Positions 1 through 7,860 of a stretch of DNA of 36,042 nt are shown here, piece by piece (within the stretch, counting starts at the first letter, position 1; every line of letters starts with the position of its first letter). The DNA is taken from the NCBI GenBank assembly GCA_964571035.1, contig CAZNBU010000001.1, forward strand, positions 5,533 through 41,574, in the 5' to 3' direction. The notes under the pieces were generated by a model that searched no databases, was not told where the DNA came from, and saw only the letters and a program-made list of their open reading frames with translations. This DNA is from an uncultured Planctomycetaceae bacterium. GTDB lineage: Bacteria; Planctomycetota; UBA8742; UBA2392. The position numbers were made by a program, and so were the translations under genes.

Positions 1-1
1 T

Positions 2-1264
2 GACGCCGACATCATCGGCACCCGCAGCCGCGTCGCCGACGCCGAGTGCATCGCCATCGTCTGGCGCGTGCTGAAGTCGCTGGGCCTGTCCGACGCGACG
101 ATCGGCGTGAACAACCGCAAGCTGTTCCGCGGGTTGCAGGGGCGCATCGGCGTCTCGGAGCCGTCGGTGATGGACGGTGTGATGCGCGGCGTCGACAAGT
201 TCGACAAAGTCGGCGAGAAGGGCGTGCGGGCTGAGTTGAAGGCGCTGGTCGGCCAGGGCGGCCTGAGCGAACCCGGTGTCGACCTGGTGTTCGACTTCCT
301 GAAGATCGCCGAAGCCAAGGTCTCCAACGCGCAGCGCGTTGACCAGCTTGAAGCGTTCCTTGGTGCCGGTGAAATGGGCGCGCAAGGTTGCGCCGAGTTG
401 CGCGAAGTGTTGCGTGCAATTGATGGCTTGGGCGTGCCGGACGACGTCGTCCGGGTGGACCCGACAATTGTCCGCGGGTTGGACTACTACACCGGCACCG
501 TGTTCGAAACCTTCCTCAAGGACCTGCCGGGGTTCGGCAGTGTCATGTCCGGCGGGCGCTATGACGGCCTGATCGGGTTGTTTGCGGGCGAAGAGATTCC
601 CGCCGTAGGGATCAGCGTCGGCATCGACCGGCTGATCAGCGCGCTGGAAGAGTTGAAGCTGCTGCCGAAGTCACGCAGCACCGCGGCTGTACTGGTGACG
701 GTGTTTTCGCCCGAAACGCTGGATTTCAGCCTGCGCGCAGCGCGTGAGTTGCGACGCGCCGGAGTTCCCACTGAACTGTACCTCGACACCAAAGCCAAGC
801 TCGGCAAGCAGTTGAAGTACGCCAGCCGCAAGGGCTTTCCGCTGGTCGTGATCGCGGGCTCCGAGGAAGTGAAGGAAGGCGTGGTCAGCCTGCGCGACAT
901 GGCGACCGGCGAGCAGCTACGCGTCACGATTGAGCAACTGCCGCAGGTGGCGCAGGACAACTATGTCGAGCCCGATCCCGGCACACCCACCGGCCGCAGT
1001 TGGGACTGGGCGTTCCGCGAAGACATGATCGACCGCGTGCCCGCCGTCGGCGGCGTGTTCCTGCTGCGCAACGACCGGCATGAGGTGCTCAAGTGCGGGT
1101 GGGCCGCGTACGGCAAGCTGCCGGAAACGGTGCGCGACAGCGTAACCGCCGAGCAACGCGCCGAGGTGGCTACGTTCGACTGGTACGAAATCCGCGATGA
1201 CAAGCTAAGCCAGATGCTGGCCGACTTCATGAATGAGAAACTGCAACCGAAGTTCGGCCCGTAG
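2..1264 (+). CDS. hisS: Histidine--tRNA ligase (HisRS), 5'-truncated by the window edge, with a non-canonical ~100-aa C-terminal extension
   Basis: The frame is open from nt 2 (DADIIGTRSRVADAECIAIVWRVLKSLGL...) to TAG 1262-1264. Class-II HisRS hallmarks are present: 'RGLDYYTGTVFE' and motif 3 'GGRYDGLIGLFAGEEIPAVGISVGIDRL'. An anticodon-binding domain follows ('AAVLVTVF...GKQLKYASRKGFPLVVIAGSEEVKEGVVSLRDMATGEQ'), which argues for HisRS rather than HisZ. Confidence 0.85.
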   Translation, partial: DADIIGTRSRVADAECIAIVWRVLKSLGLSDATIGVNNRKLFRGLQGRIGVSEPSVMDGVMRGVDKFDKVGEKGVRAELKALVGQGGLSEPGVDLVFDFLKIAEAKVSNAQRVDQLEAFLGAGEMGAQGCAELREVLRAIDGLGVPDDVVRVDPTIVRGLDYYTGTVFETFLKDLPGFGSVMSGGRYDGLIGLFAGEEIPAVGISVGIDRLISALEELKLLPKSRSTAAVLVTVFSPETLDFSLRAARELRRAGVPTELYLDTKAKLGKQLKYASRKGFPLVVIAGSEEVKEGVVSLRDMATGEQLRVTIEQLPQVAQDNYVEPDPGTPTGRSWDWAFREDMIDRVPAVGGVFLLRNDRHEVLKCGWAAYGKLPETVRDSVTAEQRAEVATFDWYEIRDDKLSQMLADFMNEKLQPKFGP

Positions 1265-1882
1265 CTACGCCCACGCCTTCATCTTTGCGGCAACCTGCGG
1301 CTCGTCCTCGGGGCGGATCAGCTCGGCGAAGCTGTCCCAGTCAATGAACTCCAGCTTTTCCTCGCCCGGACCTGCGCCGATTGCTTCGCGCGAGAACTCG
1401 GAGATACGGCGAACCTCGAACGCGAGGCAGCGGTAGTCCGGGGCGTCTTCATCGGGCGGCGGTTGGTGTCGCGGGTGGCCGTCGGGCGGCTTGCTGGCAC
1501 TGATGACCAACGGGTGCTTTTGCGCCTGCTTGATCGCCTTGCGCACACCGTTCGCGTCGCGCAGCGGTGCGATCTGGCGCAGCAAGACCACGGCACCGTT
1601 CTCGCCTTGCTTCGCCCGCTCGCTCAGCATGGCGATGAAGTCAAAGGGAGCAATCTCGCGTACCTCGTGCTTCGCAATCAGCTCCAGCGCGCTCTCGTCG
1701 CCTTGCGGTGTCAGCACACAGATCCGGTCGGGTGAAGCCACCTGCTTCGCAATCAAAAGCTGATGGTCCAGCAGGTTGACGCCGCCCACCGAAAGCTCGC
1801 CAGGCGAAGCCATGCGCCCGCCGGTCATTCGCACCTGCCGCGTAACTTCAATGCCCACCCAGATGTTTTCCGCGTCGCTCAT
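1265..1882 (-). CDS. Hypothetical protein, 205 aa, no recognisable motif, acidic C-terminal third
   Basis: ATG at 1882 and TAG at 1265-1267. Third-codon positions are GC-rich like the neighbouring genes. The gene is convergent with hisS with zero spacer and divergent from rimO with a 47-nt spacer. Confidence 0.55.
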   Translation of the reverse strand: MSDAENIWVGIEVTRQVRMTGGRMASPGELSVGGVNLLDHQLLIAKQVASPDRICVLTPQGDESALELIAKHEVREIAPFDFIAMLSERAKQGENGAVVLLRQIAPLRDANGVRKAIKQAQKHPLVISASKPPDGHPRHQPPPDEDAPDYRCLAFEVRRISEFSREAIGAGPGEEKLEFIDWDSFAELIRPEDEPQVAAKMKAWA

Positions 1883-1929
1883 GGCTGCGCCACCCTACTA
1901 AGGGGCGGGCAGGCTGCTACTATTCCGCC

Positions 1930-3282
1930 ATGAAGACCGCGCTGGGCACCGTTGCGTTCATTTCGCTGGGCTGCCCCAAGAACCTGATCGACAGCGAATC
2001 CATGCTGGGCCAGATTGCCGGCGAGGGGTTCGTCGTCACGCCCGACTACGAAAGCGCGGATGTGGTCGTAATCAACACCTGCGGGTTCCTCGACGCCTCG
2101 CGCAAGGAATCGCTCGACCACATCAACCGCATGGTGGAGCTGAAACAGCAGGGTGCCGTAAAGCGCGTGGTGGTTGCCGGGTGCATGGTCGGCAATTATC
2201 GCCCGATGCTGGACCAGCAGGCGCCGGGCGCCGACGCGCTGGTGAGCGTCAATGACCGGGTGAGGCTTGGCGACGTGCTGCGCGAGCTGGGCAACTCCGG
2301 CGAGCTTTCCCGCGCCGTCGCCATCAGCGATCCTGACGCGCGTGGCACGGTCTACGACGACCGCGCCCGCATGCGCATGACGCCGCGACACTACGCTTAC
2401 CTGCGAATCTCGGAGGGTTGCGACCACAAGTGCGCCTTCTGCACGATCCCGTCCATCCGCGGGCGCTTTCGATCCAAGCCGCGCGCACAGATCCTGGAAG
2501 AAGCGCGCGAACTGGCAGCCGACGGCGCCAAAGAGCTGATCATCGTGGCGCAGGACAGCACCTACTACGGCCTCGACAGTGAAGGCCGCAAGTCGCTGCA
2601 CGAGCTGCTGGCTGACCTCGCGCAGGTAGACGGCATCGAATGGATTCGCCTGATGTACGCCTACCCCACGCAGGTGACGGACGGATTGATCGACCTGCTG
2701 GCGAACGAGCCGAAGCTGCTGGGCTACATCGACATGCCCTTGCAGCACATCAGCACGCCGGTGCTGCAACGCATGCGACGCGGCAGTACGCGCGACACCA
2801 CGCTGCGGTTGATTGAAAAGCTGCGGTCGCGAGTGCCGGGGCTGACGCTGCGCAGCACGTTCATTGTCGGGTTCCCCGGCGAGACGGACGAGCAGTTGGA
2901 CGAACTGCTCGACTTCGTGCGCCAGGGCCACATCGACCGGGCGGGCGCGTTTCCTTACTCGGATGAAGACCAAGCCGCCAGCTACGCACTGGATGGCAAG
3001 CTGCCCGAGGATGTGATCACTGAACGCCACCGCCGCTTCATGGAGGTCGCGCGCGAGGATCTGTTCCGGCGCAACGAGGCGCTGGTCGGCACGACGATCC
3101 AGGTGATCGCCGAGGGCCAGTCGCAGGACCCGAAATACCCCACCGAAGCCCGCTCAAGGGCCGATGCCCCTGAAATTGACTGCACCGTCCGCATGAAGGG
3201 CCGCATTGAACCGGGCACGATCACGAACGCCAAAGTCGTCCGCAGCCTCGGGTACGACCTGCTGGGTGAGCCCGTAAGTTAG
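1930..3282 (+). CDS. rimO: Ribosomal protein S12 methylthiotransferase RimO (radical SAM MTTase)
   Basis: N-terminal MTTase signature 'VAFISLGCPKNLIDSE', radical-SAM CxxxCxxC 'CDHKCAFCTIP', and a C-terminal TRAM-like segment. The N-terminal pattern is typical of RimO rather than MiaB. Confidence 0.88.
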   Translation: MKTALGTVAFISLGCPKNLIDSESMLGQIAGEGFVVTPDYESADVVVINTCGFLDASRKESLDHINRMVELKQQGAVKRVVVAGCMVGNYRPMLDQQAPGADALVSVNDRVRLGDVLRELGNSGELSRAVAISDPDARGTVYDDRARMRMTPRHYAYLRISEGCDHKCAFCTIPSIRGRFRSKPRAQILEEARELAADGAKELIIVAQDSTYYGLDSEGRKSLHELLADLAQVDGIEWIRLMYAYPTQVTDGLIDLLANEPKLLGYIDMPLQHISTPVLQRMRRGSTRDTTLRLIEKLRSRVPGLTLRSTFIVGFPGETDEQLDELLDFVRQGHIDRAGAFPYSDEDQAASYALDGKLPEDVITERHRRFMEVAREDLFRRNEALVGTTIQVIAEGQSQDPKYPTEARSRADAPEIDCTVRMKGRIEPGTITNAKVVRSLGYDLLGEPVS

Positions 3283-3474
3283 TAGCGACCAAAGTATAAT
3301 CCCTGTGGTGGCAATCACTTGCAACTGCGACACGGTCGCACAGGTCGTTTCATCTGGAATGACCCCTCGAAACGCGCCTGCCGGGCTAATTAAGGACGCG
3401 TCGGCGCACCTCGGGCGTTACATCACTGGTAGAGGGAATGGCCGCAGAAGGCCGCAACAAGCGCTGTCTAAACG

Positions 3475-3502
3475 TTGACACGCTTCAAGGATAGGCTATA
3501 CT
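3475..3502 (+). promoter_or_regulatory. Putative sigma70-type promoter (TTGACA-16 nt-TATACT)
   Basis: TTGACA at 3475-3480 and TATACT at 3497-3502 with a 16-nt spacer. It lies in a lower-GC intergenic region about 265 nt upstream of the bshA-like start codon. Confidence 0.4.
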
Positions 3503-3591
3503 AACTTCTGCGGTTGATTGAACGTCGGCTTGAGTGACCCCTTATGCCTCGCCGGCGCCCACCCCTCCGCCAGTGAAAAGTAAAGCCCGAT

Positions 3592-3692
3592 GCAGTGTGA
3601 TCGCCCACATTGCACCGGTGCCATGCGGCCGAGACGTGATTGAAAGGGTAGCTTTACGCTCTCCTTTCCGGCCCTTTCTGCGCGTCTCGGCC
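3592..3692 (+). other. Cluster of stem-loops in the long 5' leader upstream of the bshA-like gene (candidate cis-regulatory RNA or small RNA)
   Basis: Hairpin 1 pairs GCAGTGTG (3592-3599) with CACATTGC (3606-3613), 8 bp including one G-U. GCACCGGTGC (3612-3621) is a 10-nt palindrome. Hairpin 2 pairs GGCCGAGACG (3627-3636) with CGTCTCGGCC (3683-3692), 10 bp. It is extended by GAAAGGG (3642-3648) pairing with CCCTTTC (3672-3678). Confidence 0.35.
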
Positions 3693-3768
3693 CTCTCCTT
3701 TAACCCGCGATCGCCTATGCTGCACCCCGCCCGGAATAGGCTGGGCGTTCTGGCTGTTTGCTCAGCGC

Positions 3769-4911
3769 ATGAAGATCGGCATTGTCTGTTACCCAACCCA
3801 TGGCGGGTCCGGCGTGGTCGCGACCGAGCTTGGGGCTGCCCTGGCCGAGAACGGCCATAGCGTCCATATCATCAGCTATGCCATCCCGTTCCGGTTTGAG
3901 AGCTTCCGCCCCAACCTGAAGTACCACGAAGTTGAGGTGACAGCCTACCCGCTGTTCCGCTACCCGCCGTACGACCTGGCGCTGGCGGGCACGATCATGG
4001 AAGTTGCGCAGCAGTACGGCCTGGACATCCTGCACGCGCACTACGCCATTCCGCACGCGGTAAGCGGCCACCTGGCGCGCGAGATGCTGAACGGCGGCGG
4101 CAAGGACGTCCGGTTGATTACGACGCTGCACGGCACGGACATTACCATCATCGGCCAGCAGCGGATCTTTCAGCGCGTGACAGCCTTCGGCATTCGGCAG
4201 AGCGACGGCGTTACCAGCGTGTCCGCGGAGCTCAAACGCCGGGTGATCCAGACCATCGACTGCGGCGCCAGCAACATTGAGGTGATCCCGAACTTCGTCG
4301 ACACCAACCGCTTCAAGCCGGGGTGCTGCCCGGACAAGCGCTCACAACTCGCCGCCCCGGACGAGAAGATCGTGTTCCACGTAAGCAACTTCCGCGAGGT
4401 GAAGCGGCCGAAAGACGTGGTCCGGGCCTTTGCCGCGGGCACCAAGGACGTGAAGGCGCGGCTGGTGCTGGTGGGCGACGGGCCGGAACTGGGCGCAACG
4501 CGGGAGTTGGCGCGCGAACTCGGTGTTGCGGACCGCGTGACGTTTCTAGGCACCTACGACGCGATCTGGGAGTTGCTGCCGCAGGCGGACCTGTTCTTCC
4601 TGCCCAGCGAGTACGAAAGCTTCGGGCTGAGCGCACTGGAAGCCATGGCGTGCGGCGTGCCGGTAGTAGCCAGCAACACCGGCGGGCTGCCGGAGGTCGT
4701 TGAGCACGGCGTAAGCGGTCTGCTGCACCCGCCCGGCGACGTTGACGCATTCGCCGGGGCAATCCGCACGCTGCTGACCGACGACGCAACAAGAAGCCGC
4801 ATGGCAGAAGCCGCCCGCGAACGCGCCATGAGCAGCTTCCGCCAGGAAGCGCTGCTGCCGGTGTGGGAGAGTTACTACGAGCGAATCCTGAGCTCGCCGC
4901 GCCGCGCCTAG
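3769..4911 (+). CDS. bshA: GT4-family glycosyltransferase, BshA-like (N-acetyl-alpha-D-glucosaminyl L-malate synthase, bacillithiol pathway)
   Basis: The N-terminus '[42 protein letters not shown]' closely parallels Bacillus BshA as I recall it, as do 'YPPYDLALA', '[10 protein letters not shown]' and 'TTLHGTDIT'. The C-terminal GT4 'E..G....[18 protein letters not shown]' motif is present. Confidence 0.8.
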   Translation: MKIGIVCYPTHGGSGVVATELGAALAENGHSVHIISYAIPFRFESFRPNLKYHEVEVTAYPLFRYPPYDLALAGTIMEVAQQYGLDILHAHYAIPHAVSGHLAREMLNGGGKDVRLITTLHGTDITIIGQQRIFQRVTAFGIRQSDGVTSVSAELKRRVIQTIDCGASNIEVIPNFVDTNRFKPGCCPDKRSQLAAPDEKIVFHVSNFREVKRPKDVVRAFAAGTKDVKARLVLVGDGPELGATRELARELGVADRVTFLGTYDAIWELLPQADLFFLPSEYESFGLSALEAMACGVPVVASNTGGLPEVVEHGVSGLLHPPGDVDAFAGAIRTLLTDDATRSRMAEAARERAMSSFRQEALLPVWESYYERILSSPRRA

Positions 4912-6897
4912 CTAGCCAATCCACCGCTCGATCCACCCCAGCACTTCGCCGTACCAGTGGATGCTGTTCTGTGGCTTCAGGATCCAGTGGTTCTCGTCGG
5001 GATAGACCACAAGCCGGGCGTCGCGGCCCTGGGCCTTGTACGCGTTGTAGGTCTGCAGCCCCTGGGTGTACGGCACGCGGTAGTCCAGCTCGCCGTGGAT
5101 CACGAGCATCGGCGTCTTGAACCCCTTGCTGTGGCGCATCGGACTGTAGCGGTCGAGCCCCCCAAGGTCGCCCCACGGCTCGCCGCCGAGTGCCTTTTCG
5201 CGCCCCGGCGTTACGTCGCGGGCGTATTGGGCTTGCAGGTCGCTTACGCCGGCGTGGTTTACCAGGCACTTGAAGCGTTCGGTGTTCGCGGCAATCCAGC
5301 TCACCAGGTACCCGCCGTAGCTGCCGCCGGCTGCGGCGAGGCGATCGGGGTCAGCCCACCCGCGCGCCACAAGCGCGTCGGTCGCGCGCATGATGTCGTC
5401 GTACGGCCGCCTGCCCCACTCGCCCATGATGCACTTGGCGTACTCCTGCCCCCACCCGGTGCTGCCGTGGAAGTTGACCATCACGGTCAGCCATCCCCTG
5501 GCCGCCCAAGCCTGCGCGCACCAGCGCCAGTGCCACGAATCGCCAAAGCTGGCGTGCGGGCCGCCGTGGATCAGGTGGACGGTCGGCAGGTTCTTCGGGT
5601 CGGTGACTCCGGGCGGCAGCAGGATCCAGGCCTGCACCTGAGCACCGTCGGCGCCCTCAAAGTACAGCTCGCGCGACTCGCCCAGCGCGACGCCTTTCAG
5701 CACCGGCCCCGAGAAGTCGGTCAGTTGCTGCTCGTCGTTGCCCGCCAGCGCAAAGCTGACGCATTCGGCTGGCTTAGCGAGTGACTGCGCGCAGCACCAC
5801 ACGCGCCCTCCGGCGACTTTGAGGCCCGAGTATGTTCCGCCGCGCGCCAGCAACGCGGGCTCCGCGTTCTTGTCCAGCGGCATCGTGTACAGCGCGCTGG
5901 CGCCGCGATCCTCCGCGCTCAAGACCAAGTTGCGCTCGTCCGCGAACTCCCAATCCGCGGCGCTGCGGTCCCAGCTTTCCGCGAGCACCTGCCGCTCGCC
6001 TGTGGCGCGTTCGTACGCCACGGGCCGAACGCGGTCGGCGTAGAAGGAGTTGTCTTCCTGCACGCCGAACACGATCCACTCGCCGTCCGACGAGTAGCGC
6101 GGGCGGGCGGCGTGGCTGCCCGACCATTCCGTGATCAGCTTCGGCTCGCGCTTCTCGTGACCGGTGGAAATCAGGAACACGCCCGAAATCAGTTGATCGT
6201 ACGGCGCCACCGTGCGGTTCGCCGTGAGTGCGATCTCGCTGCCGTCGGGGCTGATGGCCCAGGTGCCAGCCGCATCCATCAATGGCAGGAAGCGGCGGAA
6301 GTCGGGCGTCAAATCACGCACCGCACCACTTGCGATCTCCAGCGACCACAGGTGCTGCCATGGGTCCTCGCACACCCAGTGGTCCCAAAAGCGGTAGAAG
6401 CGGTCTTCACTGACCTTGGCTTTGACTTTGCTTTCCTTGCGGCGGGCAGCCTCCTCCGCGGTGGCCTCAACGGTGAAGTGCCCGTCGTACAACGCGGAGA
6501 CGAACGCCACGCGCTTGCCGTCAGGGAACCACTGGGGGTCGCTGACACCCAGCGGCATGTCGGTCACCTTGCGCGGCTCGCCGCCGCCCAGCTCCAGCAG
6601 CCACAACTGCGGCTTGTCGCCGCCTGGCCCGGGCGCCTTGCGCACGAACACAACATGCGTGCCGTCGGGGCTGATCGCGGGCTGTGACGCGCTTTCGGTC
6701 TCGCTGGTCAGCGGCTTGAGCGTGTCGTCCCGCTTGATCCAGAGGCGGGTCAGCCCCTCGTTCTTTTCGATGTCGTAGGTAGTAACCGGGATGATGCAGA
6801 ACGAGCCGTCGGGCGCGGGCACCGGGTTGCCCACTCGGGGCAGACGCCAGAGCAGCTCGGGCGTGAAACGATTGTCAGGCACGGCAACCTCCGCCAT
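4912..6897 (-). CDS. S9-family serine peptidase (prolyl oligopeptidase/acylaminoacyl-peptidase type) with an N-terminal TolB-like beta-propeller
   Basis: Catalytic Ser motif 'GGSYGGY', Asp region 'VIHGELDYRVP' and His region 'YPDENHWI'. PD40-like repeats occur upstream ('SPDGTHVVFV', 'FPDGKRVAFVS', 'SPDGSEIALT'). The start is set at ATG 6897 (MAEVAVP...); the ORF track's longer form begins at 6972. Confidence 0.85.
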   Translation of the reverse strand: MAEVAVPDNRFTPELLWRLPRVGNPVPAPDGSFCIIPVTTYDIEKNEGLTRLWIKRDDTLKPLTSETESASQPAISPDGTHVVFVRKAPGPGGDKPQLWLLELGGGEPRKVTDMPLGVSDPQWFPDGKRVAFVSALYDGHFTVEATAEEAARRKESKVKAKVSEDRFYRFWDHWVCEDPWQHLWSLEIASGAVRDLTPDFRRFLPLMDAAGTWAISPDGSEIALTANRTVAPYDQLISGVFLISTGHEKREPKLITEWSGSHAARPRYSSDGEWIVFGVQEDNSFYADRVRPVAYERATGERQVLAESWDRSAADWEFADERNLVLSAEDRGASALYTMPLDKNAEPALLARGGTYSGLKVAGGRVWCCAQSLAKPAECVSFALAGNDEQQLTDFSGPVLKGVALGESRELYFEGADGAQVQAWILLPPGVTDPKNLPTVHLIHGGPHASFGDSWHWRWCAQAWAARGWLTVMVNFHGSTGWGQEYAKCIMGEWGRRPYDDIMRATDALVARGWADPDRLAAAGGSYGGYLVSWIAANTERFKCLVNHAGVSDLQAQYARDVTPGREKALGGEPWGDLGGLDRYSPMRHSKGFKTPMLVIHGELDYRVPYTQGLQTYNAYKAQGRDARLVVYPDENHWILKPQNSIHWYGEVLGWIERWIG

Positions 6898-6990
6898 CAA
6901 AGCTATCGCGTGCGCAGGGTGTGTCCATAACCCGCCGAAAATGCAAAGCCCCCGCGATTGCGGGGGCTGCATGTTTCGGTCGGTGCCGGG

Positions 6991-7731
6991 CTACTTCTGG
7001 ACGCTGGTCTTGCTGGGAAGGCCGATGCTCAGTGCATCCGGCTCACCCATGTAGACCTCAACGCGGCGGTTGCGCTGCTTGGCTGCGCTGTTGTTGCCAC
7101 CAGCGATCGGCCAGTTCTCGCCGAACCCGGCGACAAAGATGCGATCCTTCGGCAGACCCTTGGAGACCATAAAGTCGCGGACAGCCATGGCGCGCATCGT
7201 GCTGAGGTGCACGTTGTCCTTGATGCCCTTGCCTGTCAGCTTCTTGATCGGGTCAGTGTCGGTGTGACCGTCAATGCGGCAGAAGACGTTCGGGTTGGAC
7301 ATCTCGCCCTTCATCACGTCGGCCAGCTTGCCGAGACGCGACTTGGTGTTGTCGGTGAGTGTCCACGAGCCGCTCTGGAACAGCACGCCGCTATCGTCCA
7401 GGCGCACGCCCATCGCGTTGCCATTGCGTACGAACTCCCACTCGCTCTTGTTAGCGCCCCTCCAGATGTCCTTGAGCTGGTCCGTCAGGTCGGCCTTGCT
7501 CATGTTGCTGGCCGCCTTGATGTCGGCCAGCGACTTCTCAAGCAGCACGTTGTCGCCGCGCAGCTTGGTGACTTCGCCTTCGAGGCGGCGGTTTTCTTCA
7601 GCCAACGCCGCGTTTGCTTCCTGTTCGCTTTCCAGTTGCCGCGTGTTGCGGTTGAACTCCTCAAGCGAGACACACCCGCCGAGCAGCGCCACGGCGGAGA
7701 CGGACACGAGAATCAATAGAACCTTCTTCAT
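6991..7731 (-). CDS. OmpA/MotB-domain lipoprotein with a coiled-coil linker
   Basis: Start at ATG 7731 (MKKVLLILVSVSAVALLGGC; lipobox LGGC) with GGAG 7 nt upstream. The middle is a coiled-coil-like segment. The C-terminal OmpA-like domain reads 'RIDGHTDTDPI...STMRAMAVRDFMVSKGLPKDRIFVAGFGENWP...RNRRVEVYM'. Confidence 0.85.
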   Translation of the reverse strand: MKKVLLILVSVSAVALLGGCVSLEEFNRNTRQLESEQEANAALAEENRRLEGEVTKLRGDNVLLEKSLADIKAASNMSKADLTDQLKDIWRGANKSEWEFVRNGNAMGVRLDDSGVLFQSGSWTLTDNTKSRLGKLADVMKGEMSNPNVFCRIDGHTDTDPIKKLTGKGIKDNVHLSTMRAMAVRDFMVSKGLPKDRIFVAGFGENWPIAGGNNSAAKQRNRRVEVYMGEPDALSIGLPSKTSVQK

Positions 7732-7755
7732 GGCTACTCCTGGAGAGTTAGGTAG

Positions 7756-7784
7756 CAATTAGGGTGTTGGCGCACCTCGGCCAA
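7756..7784 (-). promoter_or_regulatory. Putative promoter for the OmpA-like lipoprotein gene (TTGGCC-17 nt-TAATTG on the minus strand)
   Basis: On the minus strand, TTGGCC lies at 7784-7779 and TAATTG at 7761-7756 with a 17-nt spacer. This is about 25 nt upstream of ATG 7731, in a 129-nt intergenic gap. Confidence 0.3.
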
Positions 7785-7860
7785 GCCAAAGGGGACATCG
7801 GCAAGGGCAAGGCCGACCCTTTGAACAAACTGCGAAAATTGTCGGTCGATTGCGGGGTGG

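Noticed and set aside
1879-3030. 383-aa minus-strand ORF antisense to rimO
   Set aside because: It is a shadow frame of rimO in GC-rich DNA. The rimO frame carries the radical-SAM CxxxCxxC motif and this one has no motifs.
3655-3700. Minus-strand 'GGCCGGAAAGGAG', which superficially recalls the SRP-RNA or RNase P 'GGAAAG/GGAAGG' conserved cores
   Set aside because: Only a few nucleotides match. The flanking sequence lacks the expected helices: no SRP domain IV symmetric loop, and no P4 'GAGGAAAGUCCGGGC'. I treat it as chance.
3534-3860. 108-aa plus-strand and 84-aa minus-strand (3542-3796) ORFs in the rimO-bshA intergenic region
   Set aside because: Their composition is Pro/Arg-rich and non-coding-like. 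The plus ORF runs out of frame into bshA. The region is better explained as a structured untranslated leader or a small RNA.
4313-5269. 318-aa minus-strand ORF spanning the bshA/S9-peptidase junction, and other Arg/Pro-rich ORFs such as 12-467, 4323-4703 and 5774-6127
   Set aside because: Their extreme Arg/Pro/Ala composition is typical of out-of-frame translation of GC-rich coding DNA, and they overlap well-supported genes.
7786-7826. Imperfect hairpin (AAAGGG..TCGGC-loop-GCCGA-CCCTTT) downstream of the 297-aa gene as an intrinsic terminator
   Set aside because: The stem is interrupted by a 4-nt bulge and no U-tract of useful length follows on the minus strand. It is not convincing as a terminator.
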